Positions 63,201 to 64,000 of a DNA stretch of 64,000 nt are shown piece after piece. A program made the translations under genes and the position numbers. The stretch's first letter is position 1, and the number at the start of each line of letters is the position of its first letter. The notes beneath the pieces are model-generated. The model was given only the letters and a program-made list of their open reading frames with translations, did not search any database and was not told the origin of the DNA. Source of the stretch: Harriotta raleighana (taxonomy: Eukaryota); the NCBI GenBank assembly GCA_050575255.1, contig JBNZDD010013618.1, forward strand, positions 2,356-66,355, in the 5' to 3' direction.

Positions 63201-63435
63201 GTAAGCCTGTGTCGAACTGACACTGACACTTGCATTCTGGCTGCAAAGCTCATTTCAGCCTTAATTTAATTCACAAGCCTCAGTTCTTTGGCAGTCCTCA
63301 CTGTAATCTGTTAATTGAATGGTGTCTGCCACACAGCATACCTTGGTTGGGATTGCTGTGTAATATNCTGTTGCTGTACTTGGTTGGGATTGCTGTGTAA
63401 TATTGACCATGTCTTTCCCTTTGTTTATTCCCATG

Positions 63436-63630
63436 TAATAATAATAATAATGATCCTTGCATTTGATCTAGCGCTTTTCACATCTTATCAACATCTCAAA
63501 GCGCTTCACAGAATACACTGTAAAGTGAATTGACTGTACATTTGTGGGCGAAACGCGCCATCCAATTGCGCACAGCAGCGTCCCACAAGCAGTCGTGGAT
63601 TGAAATGACCAATTATATGGTGTTTTTTTG
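63436..63630 (-). mobile_element. SINE 3' half
   Basis: Reverse tail and body. Confidence 0.88.
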
Positions 63631-64000
63631 AGATGTGGCTTCACAGACATTTGCTTAGATTTCTGTTGCTCATTGCTTCTATCTTACACGCTTCACACTG
63701 TGATTGCCTTACACACATTAATATTTTCCAGGAGCAGCTGGGAGTACTGTTCAGTACAGTATTTGCCACCTGCTGTCTGGCTAATAACATTATTTAGACT
63801 GTTATTGGGTTATTTGGCTAGTTACTTCAGGCTGATGGAGCTGAAGGGGAATAAGGCTTCTTATTGCCACATCATTTCAATCAGGGCAATTTATGACACA
63901 TCTCTCGTTGTTGTTAATAGTGTTTATTTCCCTTGGAAAATATGTTACAGTTTTATTGCCATTTATTGTCATTTCAAATGATGTACAGTACTGTATTTGC

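Noticed and set aside
63342-63404. Short direct repeat TTGGTTGGGATTGCTGTGTAATAT
   Set aside because: It straddles a single N and is most likely a contig-overlap artefact.

Overview
Vertebrate nuclear DNA from a draft assembly with N gaps. The repeat landscape (tRNA-derived SINE with an L2-like tail, L2 and CR1 LINEs, Penelope-like palindromes, DeuSINE remnant) points to a cartilaginous fish, most likely a chimaera such as Callorhinchus; this is inference. Splicing exons by hand gives three genes. (1) HNRNPU (SAF-A), + strand, 14 coding exons, 7729-33468, 2676 nt, 891 aa, with SAP, acidic, SPRY, P-loop and RGG regions. (2) COX20, - strand, 4 coding exons, 55131-49605, 121 aa, convergent with HNRNPU as in human. 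(3) The first coding exon of a TSPAN33-like tetraspanin, + strand, 63105-63200. COX20 and the tetraspanin exon are absent from the ORF track. Most listed ORFs are repeat-derived or spurious. I found no convincing wholly new multi-gene system. The best leads are: a ~6.5 kb repeat-free block in HNRNPU intron 5 with a candidate poison exon; an L2 tail that forms the pyrimidine tract of a constitutive HNRNPU acceptor; a perfect 66-bp palindrome and a double hammerhead-like Penelope hairpin in intron 1; a young composite retroposon caught as filled and empty alleles; two orphan Gypsy fragments; and an E-box VNTR in the COX20 promoter. All coordinates were read by eye, and repeat boundaries are approximate.
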